32,000 nucleotides of DNA, from contig NC_014034.1 of the NCBI RefSeq assembly GCF_000021865.1, positions 2,220,001 through 2,252,000 of the forward strand, in the 5' to 3' direction. Below, piece after piece: positions 1 to 7,364 of this stretch. Both the position numbers and the translations under genes were made by a program. The notes beneath the pieces were generated by a model. It ran no database searches. It saw nothing but the letters and a program-made list of their open reading frames with translations, and had not been told where the DNA came from. Origin of the DNA: Rhodobacter capsulatus SB 1003. Lineage in GTDB: Bacteria; Pseudomonadota; Alphaproteobacteria; Rhodobacterales; Rhodobacteraceae. Within the stretch, counting starts at the first letter, position 1, and every line of letters starts with the position of its first letter.

Positions 1-215
1 ACCATCGAGCGGATCAGCGCGTGACCGCCCGGCAACTCATAGCCGCCAAAACCGCAGATCGCCCCGGAAGCATCGGAAAAGACAAAGAAATACCGCCCGG
101 GATCGGCCAGATCCTCGGTCGGAAGATGGGCCGCGGCCAGCGCCTCGGCCAGGGCCGGATCGGACCCGGCAATCGGTGTGGCAGTCAGTTCGGGCAGGAC
201 CATGACCTCGGGCAT
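1..215 (-). CDS. GNAT-type N-acetyltransferase, ArsN2-like (N-terminal part only; gene runs off the left edge)
   Basis: Not in the ORF track because it has no stop in the window. Reverse-strand ATG at 215-213 follows a CAGGAG Shine-Dalgarno about 7 nt upstream. Translation is MPEVMVLPELTATPIAGSDPALAEALAAAHLPTEDLADPGRYFFVFSDASGAICGFGGYELPGGHALIRSM. The 'LPTEDL...FFV...G.GG.E..G..ALIRS' pattern resembles ArsN2-like GNAT N-termini from memory. GC3 is high. Confidence 0.5.
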   Translation of the reverse strand, partial: MPEVMVLPELTATPIAGSDPALAEALAAAHLPTEDLADPGRYFFVFSDASGAICGFGGYELPGGHALIRSM

Positions 216-374
216 CGGGCGGCTCCTGTGAAAGGGGGGATGACGGCAACGGGGGTCGCGGCAAGGGGACGACTGGCGATGACACGAAGGCTTCGGTCGG
301 GATCCATTTCGCAACACCCGTTCAGATTGTGCGATTGTGCGACCAGCCGCGGGCGCGGTCAAGCGGTCAAAAAC

Positions 375-1613
375 TCACGCGCCCGCGGCGGTCAGCGCCA
401 GCCCGTCCACCACCGCGGTAAAGGCATCGCCCTGTTCCTGCCGGGCCTGCGGAAAGGTCGCGGCGACGGCCTGCCCGACCAGCCCCATCAGGCTGGAGCC
501 GCCGACCAGAACGGCGGTCTCGACCGAGGCCGGGGCGATGCCCGCCAGACGGCAGGTCTCCGCCAGCGCCGCCCCGAGATCCGCGCGCGCCCGCGCCAGC
601 GCCGCCGCCATCGAGACCGCGTCGATCTCGGCGTAAAGGCCGCGTTCGATCTTGCCCATGCGGATCATCGCGCCGGGCTTGCCCGCATTCGCCTCGATCT
701 TGCCGCGCTCGACCGCGAAGGCGAGATCATGGCCCAGCTCGTCCTCGATCACCCGCGCCAGACGCGCGATCGGCTGCGGCGCGACGGCGAATTTCGCCAG
801 ATGCGCCACGGCTTTGCGGGTGTCTTGCGTGTAAAGAAAGGGGATCTTCGCCCAGGTCGCCAGATCGACGAAGATCTCGTTCGGCATCGGCAGCAGACCG
901 GGGCCGAATTCGCGCCTGAGCTGCCCGCCCTGCCCCAGCAGCGGCATGACGTGATCGAGCGCGATGGCGCGGTCGAAATCGGTGCCGCCCAGCCGGATGC
1001 CGTGGCTGGCAACGATCTCGACCCGGCCGCCGACCACCCGAAACAGCGAGAAATCCGAGGTGCCGCCGCCGATATCGACGATCAGACCAAGCCGCGTGCC
1101 GGTCAGATCGGCCGAGGCGCGGGCGGCGGCCTCGGGTTCGGGGCAAAAGCCGATCTCGGTGAAGCCCGCCGCCGAAAGGCAGCCGGTCAGATCGGCCAGC
1201 GCCCGGGCATCGCGGCCGGGATCGGCGTGGAAATGCACCGGACGGCCCGCCAGGACGCGGGAAAAGCGCAGGCCGGTCTGCGCCTCGGCGCGGGTTTTCG
1301 TTTCCGCAAGGAAGGCGGTGACGACCTCGGCCAGAGTGCGGCGGCGCCCGCCGATCGGGCGGGGTTCATGGAAAAGGGGCGTGCCCAGAACGCTTTTGAG
1401 CGCGCGCATGAAGCGCCCCTCCTCGCCCGCGACCAGCGCCGAAACGGCGGCGGAACCGATCCGCATCGGCCCCGGCTCGGCCGGAAAGAAGACCGCGGTG
1501 GGCAGGGTGTCGGCGGTGCCGTCCAGCGTCAGGCGGCGCAACCGGCCGTCCTGCACGAGGGCGGCGGCGGAATTCGACGTGCCAAAGTCGATCGCAAGCG
1601 CAAGGTCGGTCAT
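375..1613 (-). CDS. Hsp70-family ATPase (YegD-like putative chaperone)
   Basis: 412-aa ORF. N-terminal phosphate-1 motif AIDFGTSNSAAA, internal LIVDIGGGTSDFSL (phosphate-2) and VLVGGSS (adenosine motif) are typical of the actin/Hsp70 fold. The short length matches YegD-like rather than DnaK. Confidence 0.8.
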   Translation of the reverse strand: MTDLALAIDFGTSNSAAALVQDGRLRRLTLDGTADTLPTAVFFPAEPGPMRIGSAAVSALVAGEEGRFMRALKSVLGTPLFHEPRPIGGRRRTLAEVVTAFLAETKTRAEAQTGLRFSRVLAGRPVHFHADPGRDARALADLTGCLSAAGFTEIGFCPEPEAAARASADLTGTRLGLIVDIGGGTSDFSLFRVVGGRVEIVASHGIRLGGTDFDRAIALDHVMPLLGQGGQLRREFGPGLLPMPNEIFVDLATWAKIPFLYTQDTRKAVAHLAKFAVAPQPIARLARVIEDELGHDLAFAVERGKIEANAGKPGAMIRMGKIERGLYAEIDAVSMAAALARARADLGAALAETCRLAGIAPASVETAVLVGGSSLMGLVGQAVAATFPQARQEQGDAFTAVVDGLALTAAGA

Positions 1614-1699
1614 CGCGGGCCCCTTCAGGAAAGACAGGCCCGCTACAGGGTTTCGGCGGCTCTGGCAAGAGGCTGCCTGGGGGGCGCCCGCCGTCCGGG

Positions 1700-4600
1700 T
1701 TAAAGCAGGAAATCCCCCGCCGACAAAGCGCCCAGCGTGACATTGTCGAGCGTGATCATCAGCCCGTCGACCTGGATCACCACGGCGCGGCCCGATTGCG
1801 TCATGTGGCCGGACAGATCGGCGAAACTGTCCAGCCCCGCCACCCCGCGCAGGTCGATGTCATCCACGCCGATGCGGAAATCGGTGATCCGGTCGGCGCC
1901 GTCGCCGGTCGCGAAGATGAAGACATCGTTGCCCAGCCCCCCGGTCATCAGGTCGTTGCCCGTGCCCGCCGTCAGCCGGTCGTTGCCCGCGCCCGCGGTC
2001 AGGCTGTCATTGCCCGCCTCGCCCAGCAGCAGGTCGTTGCCCGCCCCGGCCGAGATCCGGTCATTGCCCGCCCCGGCCGAGATCGTGTCGGCGCTTGCGG
2101 CACTGTCGCCGGTGGCGGTGAAGCTGTCGTCGCCCGCGCCCAGGCTGACCAGATCATTGCCGCCGGTGTCGGTCACGGCGTCGATCCCGGCGCCGCCCTG
2201 CAGCGTGTCATTGCCCAGCCCGCCCGCCAGCCGCGATCCCGCATCCGAGGCGGTCAGCCGGTCATTGCCCGCGCCGCCGTCCAGCGTGTCAAGGCCGCCA
2301 AGGCTGGTCAGCACCTCGTTGCCGAGCCCGCCCAGAACCGCATCGGCGCCCGCATCGGCGGTATCGGTGAAAATGTCGTCGCCCGCGCCCAGATCGATGC
2401 GGTCGGCACCGGCGCCGCCGCTGACATTGTCATTGCCCGCGCCCGCGGTGATCGAATCCTGCCCGGCACCGCCCAGGATCGTGTCATTGCCGTCATTGCC
2501 CGTCAGCCGGTCGTCGCCATTGCCGCCGTCCAGACTGTCGGCCCCCGCCGCACCGGAAAGCGCATCATTGCCCTCGCCGCCGCGCACGGTATCGGCATTT
2601 CCGGCGCTGTCGCCGCTGGCGATGTAGCTGTCGTTGCCCGCCCCCAGATCGACCAGATCGTTGCCGCCGCTGTCCGCCGCAACGTCGGCCCCGGCACCGC
2701 CCTGCAGCGTGTCATTGCCCAGACCGCCCTGCAGCGCGCCCCCCGCCGCCGAGGCGGTCAGGCTGTCATTGCCCTCGCCGCCATCCAGACTGTCGCGCCC
2801 GCCCAGGCTGGTCAGCACCTCGTTGCCAAGCCCGCCCAGAACCGTGTCGGCGCCCGTGTCGGCGGTGTCGGTGAAGATGTCGTCGCCCGCGCCCAGATCG
2901 ATGCGGTCGGCATCGGCGCCGCCGGTCACGCTGTCATTGCCCGCCCCCGCGCTGATCGTGTCGCGCCCGGCCCCGCCAAGGATCGTGTCGACGCCCGCGC
3001 CGGTCTCGATCCGGTCGTTGCCGTCGCCGCCCGAGACGCTGTCGCCCCCGGTCGCCGCATCGCCGGTGCCGGTGTAGCTGTCGTTGCCCGCGCCGAGGCT
3101 GACCACATCGGCGCCGGCCGCTGTCGCTGACCCGGTCGGCGCGATCCCGCCTTGCAGCGTGTCATCGCCCAGCCCGCCCGAGAGGACGCAGCCCGACGGC
3201 CCGGCCACAAGAAGATCGTCGCCCGCCTCGCCATGCAGCGCGTCGGCGCCGCCGCGGCTGGTCAGCGTGTCATCGCCCGCCCCGCCCCAGACGACATCGG
3301 CGCCGCTGTCGCTGCCATCGGCGAAGATGTCGTCGCCCTCCTGCAGCGAGATCGTGTCATTGCCCGCGCCGCCGCTGACGCTGTCATTGCCCGCCCCGGC
3401 GGTGATGCTGTCATTGCCCGCGCCGCCGTCGATCGTGTCGGCGCCCTGCCCGCCCAGAAGCGTGTCGCGGCCGGCGGTGCCCGCCAGCGACAGCCCGTCG
3501 CCGCCGGACCCGCCCCCGCCCCCGGTTCCGCTGCCGCCCGCAAACAGGAAATGCGTCGGATCCAGCATCGAGATCGCAAGCCCCGAAAGCAGGATCGTGC
3601 CCTCGGCGGTGGCGATGCGCACGCCCGTAGCCGTGTCGGCCATCAGCGCCAGAAGCGCGCTCCAGTCGGCGATCGCGGCGATCGCGGTCAGATCGACGTA
3701 ATCGATGCTGGCGACCAGATCCTCGATCGTGTCGGAGCCAAAGCCGGTGCCGAAAGCGAAGATGTCCGCCCCCGCGCCGCCGGTCAGCAGATCGTTGCCG
3801 CCCTCGCCCGCAAGCCGGTCGTCGCCTGCTTCGCCCGCAAGCGTGTCATCGCCCGCCCCGCCCGCAAGCGTGTCGTTGCCCGCCCCCGCGGCCAGCCGGT
3901 TGGCGGCGGTGTTGCCGGTGATCCGGTCCGCCCCGGCGCCGCTGCGGACATGTTCGATCACCGTTCCGGCATAGATCACCATGTTGCCGCGCTGCCCGAA
4001 CAGATCCGAGATCGCCCCCGGCGTCAGGTCGATCCGCGCCGCCTCGGCGCGGGCGGAAAAATCAAGCGTGTCGATGCCGTCCGTGTCCATCAGGGTGAAG
4101 GCGACATTGGCGCGGTGGCTTGCGGTGGCCAGATAATCCAGCCCGTCGCCCGCGGTCGAGCCGCTGCCATAGGTGGTGTTGCCGCCATGCACCGCGGCGG
4201 GGGCGCCGTAAAGCGCCCGCATCGCCGCGATGTCAAAGGCCATCGGGGTCAGCAGATAGGCATGGGTTGCGCCGGTGTTCGGGTTGTCGGTCTGCGCGAA
4301 ATAGGACATGACCGAGGTCTGCCAGCTGTCATTGGCATAAAGCGCATCGGTGGCGAAACGGGCGGAGCCGTTGTAATTGCCGGTATGGCCCAGCCCCAGC
4401 GCATGGCCGATCTCGTGGACATAGGTCTGGTAGCTGTAGCTGCCCAGCGTACCGCCGTAATTGCTGAACCAGGAGGAGGCCACATTGACCGTGGCCGAAA
4501 CCATGTTCGTGCCGGTGCCGCTCATCGCGCAATAGGCCCCGGCGGCGCTGTTCTGAAAGCCGATCTGGCCGCCGCTGGCGACGCGGACAAAGGTGATGCC

Positions 4601-4786
4601 CGCGACCGCGGACCAGCTGTCCAGCGCGGTCTCGATCAGCGCGCGCTCGGCCGTGGTGACCGCGGCGGCGAAGGAATAGGTCAGCGTGCGGCTGGCATCG
4701 AGCGCCCAGCCATAGGTGTAGCCGCCGAAATAGCCGCGGATCAGCTGCTGGACCGCCTGGTCCTCGGTGAAGGTCGAAAGGGGCAT
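1700..4786 (-). CDS. Serralysin-family (M10B metzincin) zinc metalloprotease fused to extended RTX calcium-binding repeat regions; probable T1SS substrate
   Basis: Start chosen at ATG 4786 (MPLSTFTEDQ...), which has a CAGGAG RBS just upstream. The 96 codons further upstream in the 1124-aa ORF are Pro/Arg-rich junk that overlaps tandem repeats. HEIGHALGLGH zinc motif (nt 4385-4417) and Met-turn SVMSYF are present. There are dozens of GGxGxD nonapeptides (GGAGNDTL and similar). The C-terminus ...LGALSAGDFLL resembles serralysin-type T1SS signals (acidic residue followed by hydrophobics). Confidence 0.9.
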   Translation of the reverse strand: MPLSTFTEDQAVQQLIRGYFGGYTYGWALDASRTLTYSFAAAVTTAERALIETALDSWSAVAGITFVRVASGGQIGFQNSAAGAYCAMSGTGTNMVSATVNVASSWFSNYGGTLGSYSYQTYVHEIGHALGLGHTGNYNGSARFATDALYANDSWQTSVMSYFAQTDNPNTGATHAYLLTPMAFDIAAMRALYGAPAAVHGGNTTYGSGSTAGDGLDYLATASHRANVAFTLMDTDGIDTLDFSARAEAARIDLTPGAISDLFGQRGNMVIYAGTVIEHVRSGAGADRITGNTAANRLAAGAGNDTLAGGAGDDTLAGEAGDDRLAGEGGNDLLTGGAGADIFAFGTGFGSDTIEDLVASIDYVDLTAIAAIADWSALLALMADTATGVRIATAEGTILLSGLAISMLDPTHFLFAGGSGTGGGGGSGGDGLSLAGTAGRDTLLGGQGADTIDGGAGNDSITAGAGNDSVSGGAGNDTISLQEGDDIFADGSDSGADVVWGGAGDDTLTSRGGADALHGEAGDDLLVAGPSGCVLSGGLGDDTLQGGIAPTGSATAAGADVVSLGAGNDSYTGTGDAATGGDSVSGGDGNDRIETGAGVDTILGGAGRDTISAGAGNDSVTGGADADRIDLGAGDDIFTDTADTGADTVLGGLGNEVLTSLGGRDSLDGGEGNDSLTASAAGGALQGGLGNDTLQGGAGADVAADSGGNDLVDLGAGNDSYIASGDSAGNADTVRGGEGNDALSGAAGADSLDGGNGDDRLTGNDGNDTILGGAGQDSITAGAGNDNVSGGAGADRIDLGAGDDIFTDTADAGADAVLGGLGNEVLTSLGGLDTLDGGAGNDRLTASDAGSRLAGGLGNDTLQGGAGIDAVTDTGGNDLVSLGAGDDSFTATGDSAASADTISAGAGNDRISAGAGNDLLLGEAGNDSLTAGAGNDRLTAGTGNDLMTGGLGNDVFIFATGDGADRITDFRIGVDDIDLRGVAGLDSFADLSGHMTQSGRAVVIQVDGLMITLDNVTLGALSAGDFLL

Positions 4787-4860
4787 CCGGGCACTCCTGA
4801 GCGGGCGCGTGCGGCACGCGGCACAAGGCGGACCGGCGGGCCGGTCGGCGACACGAGAAC

Positions 4861-4974
4861 GGGAAAGCAGGGGCGCCTTTGGCACCGCGGGAAAGCAAGG
4901 GCGCCTTTGGCGCTGGGGGAAAGCAGAAACGCCTTTGGCGCCGGGGGGGAAGAACGGGCCTTCATGGCCACCGG
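4861..4974. repeat. About 3.5 head-to-tail copies of a 28-bp tandem repeat in the upstream region of the RTX protease gene
   Basis: GGGAAAGCAGGGGCGCCTTTGGCACCGC (4861-4888), GGGAAAGCAAGGGCGCCTTTGGCGCTGG (4889-4916), GGGAAAGCAGAAACGCCTTTGGCGCCGG (4917-4944), and a degenerate copy GGGGGAAGAACGGGCCTTCATGGCCACCGG (4945-4974). Each unit carries a small GCGCC-TTT-GGCGC inverted repeat. Confidence 0.85.
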
Positions 4975-5273
4975 AGGATCCGCTTCCCGGGATCGAAACT
5001 ACCCGGTCCCCGGGCGCTGCGGCAAGCCGGAGCGCCCCGGGATTGCGGGTCAAGTTCGGCTCTATGGTGAACAAATCCTTGGCGCGGCCCGGCCCGGACC
5101 CGGCTTTGTTAATCGCTGCGGCGGCGGGGTGGCGCGGGCGCGTCGGGGCGGCGGCGGGGCGGCGGCGGAACCGTGCCCGGGGCCGGGCGGGCCCGCCGGG
5201 ACGAGATCCGGGACAAGATCGGACGAGGTCGGGGCAGCACAGCGCGGGCCGGGCGCCGAATCAGCGGCGGGGC

Positions 5274-7166
5274 TCAGCCCCGGGCCTTGCGGATCGGGTC
5301 GGCCAGCAGCCGCAGCCCGTTGAGCACCACCAGCACCGTGCCGCCCTCGTGACCGATCACCGCCACCGGCAGCGGCAGCTCGAAGAACAGCCCCGAGAGC
5401 ACCAGAACCGCCATCGCCCCCATGGCGAAGACAAGGTTCTGCCGGATGATCCGCGCCGTGCGGCCCGCCAGCCGGTGCGCTTCGGACAGCCGCGAGATGT
5501 CATCGGCCAGAAGCGCGACATCGGCGGCCTGCAGCGCCACCTCGGAGCCCGCAACCCCCATCGCGATGCCGACATCGGCGCGGGCCAGCGCGGCGGCGTC
5601 GTTCACCCCGTCGCCGACGAAGGCGACCCGGCCCCGCGCGGTCAGATCGGCAACGATCTTCACCTTGTCCTCGGGGCGCAGATCGGCGTGGATTTCATCC
5701 GCGCCGATGCCAAGTTCGGCGCCGATCCGCTCTGCCACCGCGCGCCGGTCGCCGGTCAGCATCGCGATCTGCCCGACCCCGCCCGCCCGCAGCGCCGCCA
5801 GCCCGGCCGGGGTGCTGTCGCGCGGGCGGTCCTCGCAGGTCACCCCGCCAAGGATCTTCGCGCCCCGCCCCAAAAGCACCAGCGTCCGCGGCGCGTTTTC
5901 CAAAACCGCAGGCAGCGCCAGCGTCTCGGCCGCCCGCGCGCCCATCCGCTGCGCCAGCCGCGCATTGCCCGCCCAGATCACCCCCTCGTCATCGACCGCC
6001 ACCATGCCCTCGCCCGGCACGGCCCGCGCCTCGCGCACGGGCAGCGGAACGATGCCGCGGGCGGCGACGTGCTGGCGGATCGCCGTGGCGATCGGATGTT
6101 CGGATTGCGCCTCGATCCCGGCCAGACGGGCCAGAAACAGCGCCTCGTCGCCCTCGCAGTGGATATCGACGATCTCCTGCTTGCCGGTGGTCAGCGTGCC
6201 GGTCTTGTCAAAGGCAAAGGTCTCGACCTTGGCCAGCGTCTCCAAGGCCGCGCCGCCCTTGAACAGAACGCCCCCCCGCGCCGCCACCGACAGCGCCGAG
6301 AGGATCGCGGCGGGAACCGAAATCACGATGGCGCAGGGGCTGGCCGCCACCAGCAGCGTGGCGGCCTTGTAAAGCGCCGCGTTCCAGCCGTGCCCGATCG
6401 CCCAGAAGGCGGCAAAGGCCGAGACCGCGGCCAGCAGAACCGCCACGGTGTAGCGCTGCCCGAACCAGGCCGAGAACCGCTCCGAGGGCGAACGGGCCGC
6501 CTGCGCCTCGGTCACCAGCGCGATCATCCGCGCCACGGTGCTTTCGCCCAGTTCGCGCCGGACCTCGATTTCCAGCACGCCATGCAGGTTCACCGTGGCT
6601 TCAAAGACCTGCGCGCCGGGGGCCTTGTGCACCGGCACGGATTCGCCGGTGATCGTGCTTTCGTCGATCGCCCCCTCGCCCGCGACGATGACACCATCGA
6701 CCGGCACCCGCGCGCCCGGACGCAAGATCACCACATCGCCCGGCACCAGCGTTTCCACCGCCACCTCGACCGTGTCCCCGCCCTGCCGTTTCAGCGCCCG
6801 GTCGGGGCGCAGCTCCATCAGCGCCTCGATCGCCCGGCGTGCCCGCCCCATCGCCCGGTGTTCAAGCGTGGTCGACAGGCTGAACAGCGTCAGCAGGACG
6901 GCCCCTTCCAGCGCCGCCCCCACGGCCGCCGCCGCCAGCGCCGCGACCACCATCAGCAGGTCGATGTCCAGCTGACGCTCCTCGATCAGCGCGCCAACCG
7001 CCCGATAGGCCGCCGGAACCCCGCCGGTCAGAAAGACCGACAAAAGCGCCAGCGTCTCGACCCAGCCACCGCCCAGCCCCGGAAAGATCCAGTGCCCCGC
7101 CGCGGCAAGCACCATCGCCGCAATCGTGGCCCAGGTCAGAACCAGCCTGCTCGTGTCCTCGGTCAT
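5274..7166 (-). CDS. P1B-4-type heavy-metal (Co/Zn/Cd-class) translocating P-type ATPase
   Basis: Start taken at ATG 7166 (MTEDTSRL...) after a GGGAGGAA RBS. Motifs present: TGES, DKTGTLT phosphorylation site, GDGVNDAAAL hinge, transmembrane SPC (AASPCAIV) and HEGGT (IGHEGGTVLV), which are signatures of the P1B-4 subgroup. No N-terminal CxxC/HMA domain; only about 20 aa precede TM1. Confidence 0.88.
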   Translation of the reverse strand: MTEDTSRLVLTWATIAAMVLAAAGHWIFPGLGGGWVETLALLSVFLTGGVPAAYRAVGALIEERQLDIDLLMVVAALAAAAVGAALEGAVLLTLFSLSTTLEHRAMGRARRAIEALMELRPDRALKRQGGDTVEVAVETLVPGDVVILRPGARVPVDGVIVAGEGAIDESTITGESVPVHKAPGAQVFEATVNLHGVLEIEVRRELGESTVARMIALVTEAQAARSPSERFSAWFGQRYTVAVLLAAVSAFAAFWAIGHGWNAALYKAATLLVAASPCAIVISVPAAILSALSVAARGGVLFKGGAALETLAKVETFAFDKTGTLTTGKQEIVDIHCEGDEALFLARLAGIEAQSEHPIATAIRQHVAARGIVPLPVREARAVPGEGMVAVDDEGVIWAGNARLAQRMGARAAETLALPAVLENAPRTLVLLGRGAKILGGVTCEDRPRDSTPAGLAALRAGGVGQIAMLTGDRRAVAERIGAELGIGADEIHADLRPEDKVKIVADLTARGRVAFVGDGVNDAAALARADVGIAMGVAGSEVALQAADVALLADDISRLSEAHRLAGRTARIIRQNLVFAMGAMAVLVLSGLFFELPLPVAVIGHEGGTVLVVLNGLRLLADPIRKARG

Positions 7167-7364
7167 CCCGTTCCTCCCGTGCTGCCGCTTTTCCGCGCCA
7201 CGCGCGGGCGGGTGTCGCGCTCTCATAGCGCGATCGGCCCCGGTTCGGCCAGAGCCGCAAGAGGCGCATGGCGTCGCAACCGGACCCCGGCCAGCCCCCC
7301 GAAATCGCGATGGAATCTCTTTTGCAGAAAGAAGCTGTTAATCAAGCTGGCGTAGCTTGCCCGC

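Noticed and set aside
4861-4974. 28-bp tandem repeats considered as a mini-CRISPR array or as sigma-54 promoters (GG...TTGC)
   Set aside because: The copies abut with no spacers, so this is not a CRISPR array. The GG-to-GC spacing in GGCGCCCTTGCT is about 7 nt rather than the 10 nt required for a -24/-12 promoter.
4787-5074. N-terminal 96-codon extension of the RTX protease ORF (1124-aa version)
   Set aside because: The extension is Pro/Arg-rich and runs through the 28-bp tandem repeats. The ATG at 4786 has a CAGGAG RBS, and the serralysin-like sequence starts right there.
4767-7355. Very long ORFs antisense to confidently identified genes. Examples: 4767-7355 (+), 8547-10496 (-), 9500-10957 (-), 14730-16685 (-), 16769-18319 (-), 20476-22092 (+), 22748-24043 (+), 23781-25673 (+), 27216-29231 (+), 29443-30363 (-), 30866-31936 (-), 21-1703 (+), 3152-5323 (+)
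   Set aside because: These are typical high-GC shadow ORFs with Arg/Gly/Pro/Ala-rich low-complexity translations and no recognisable motifs. Each overlaps almost entirely a gene on the other strand that carries clear family signatures.
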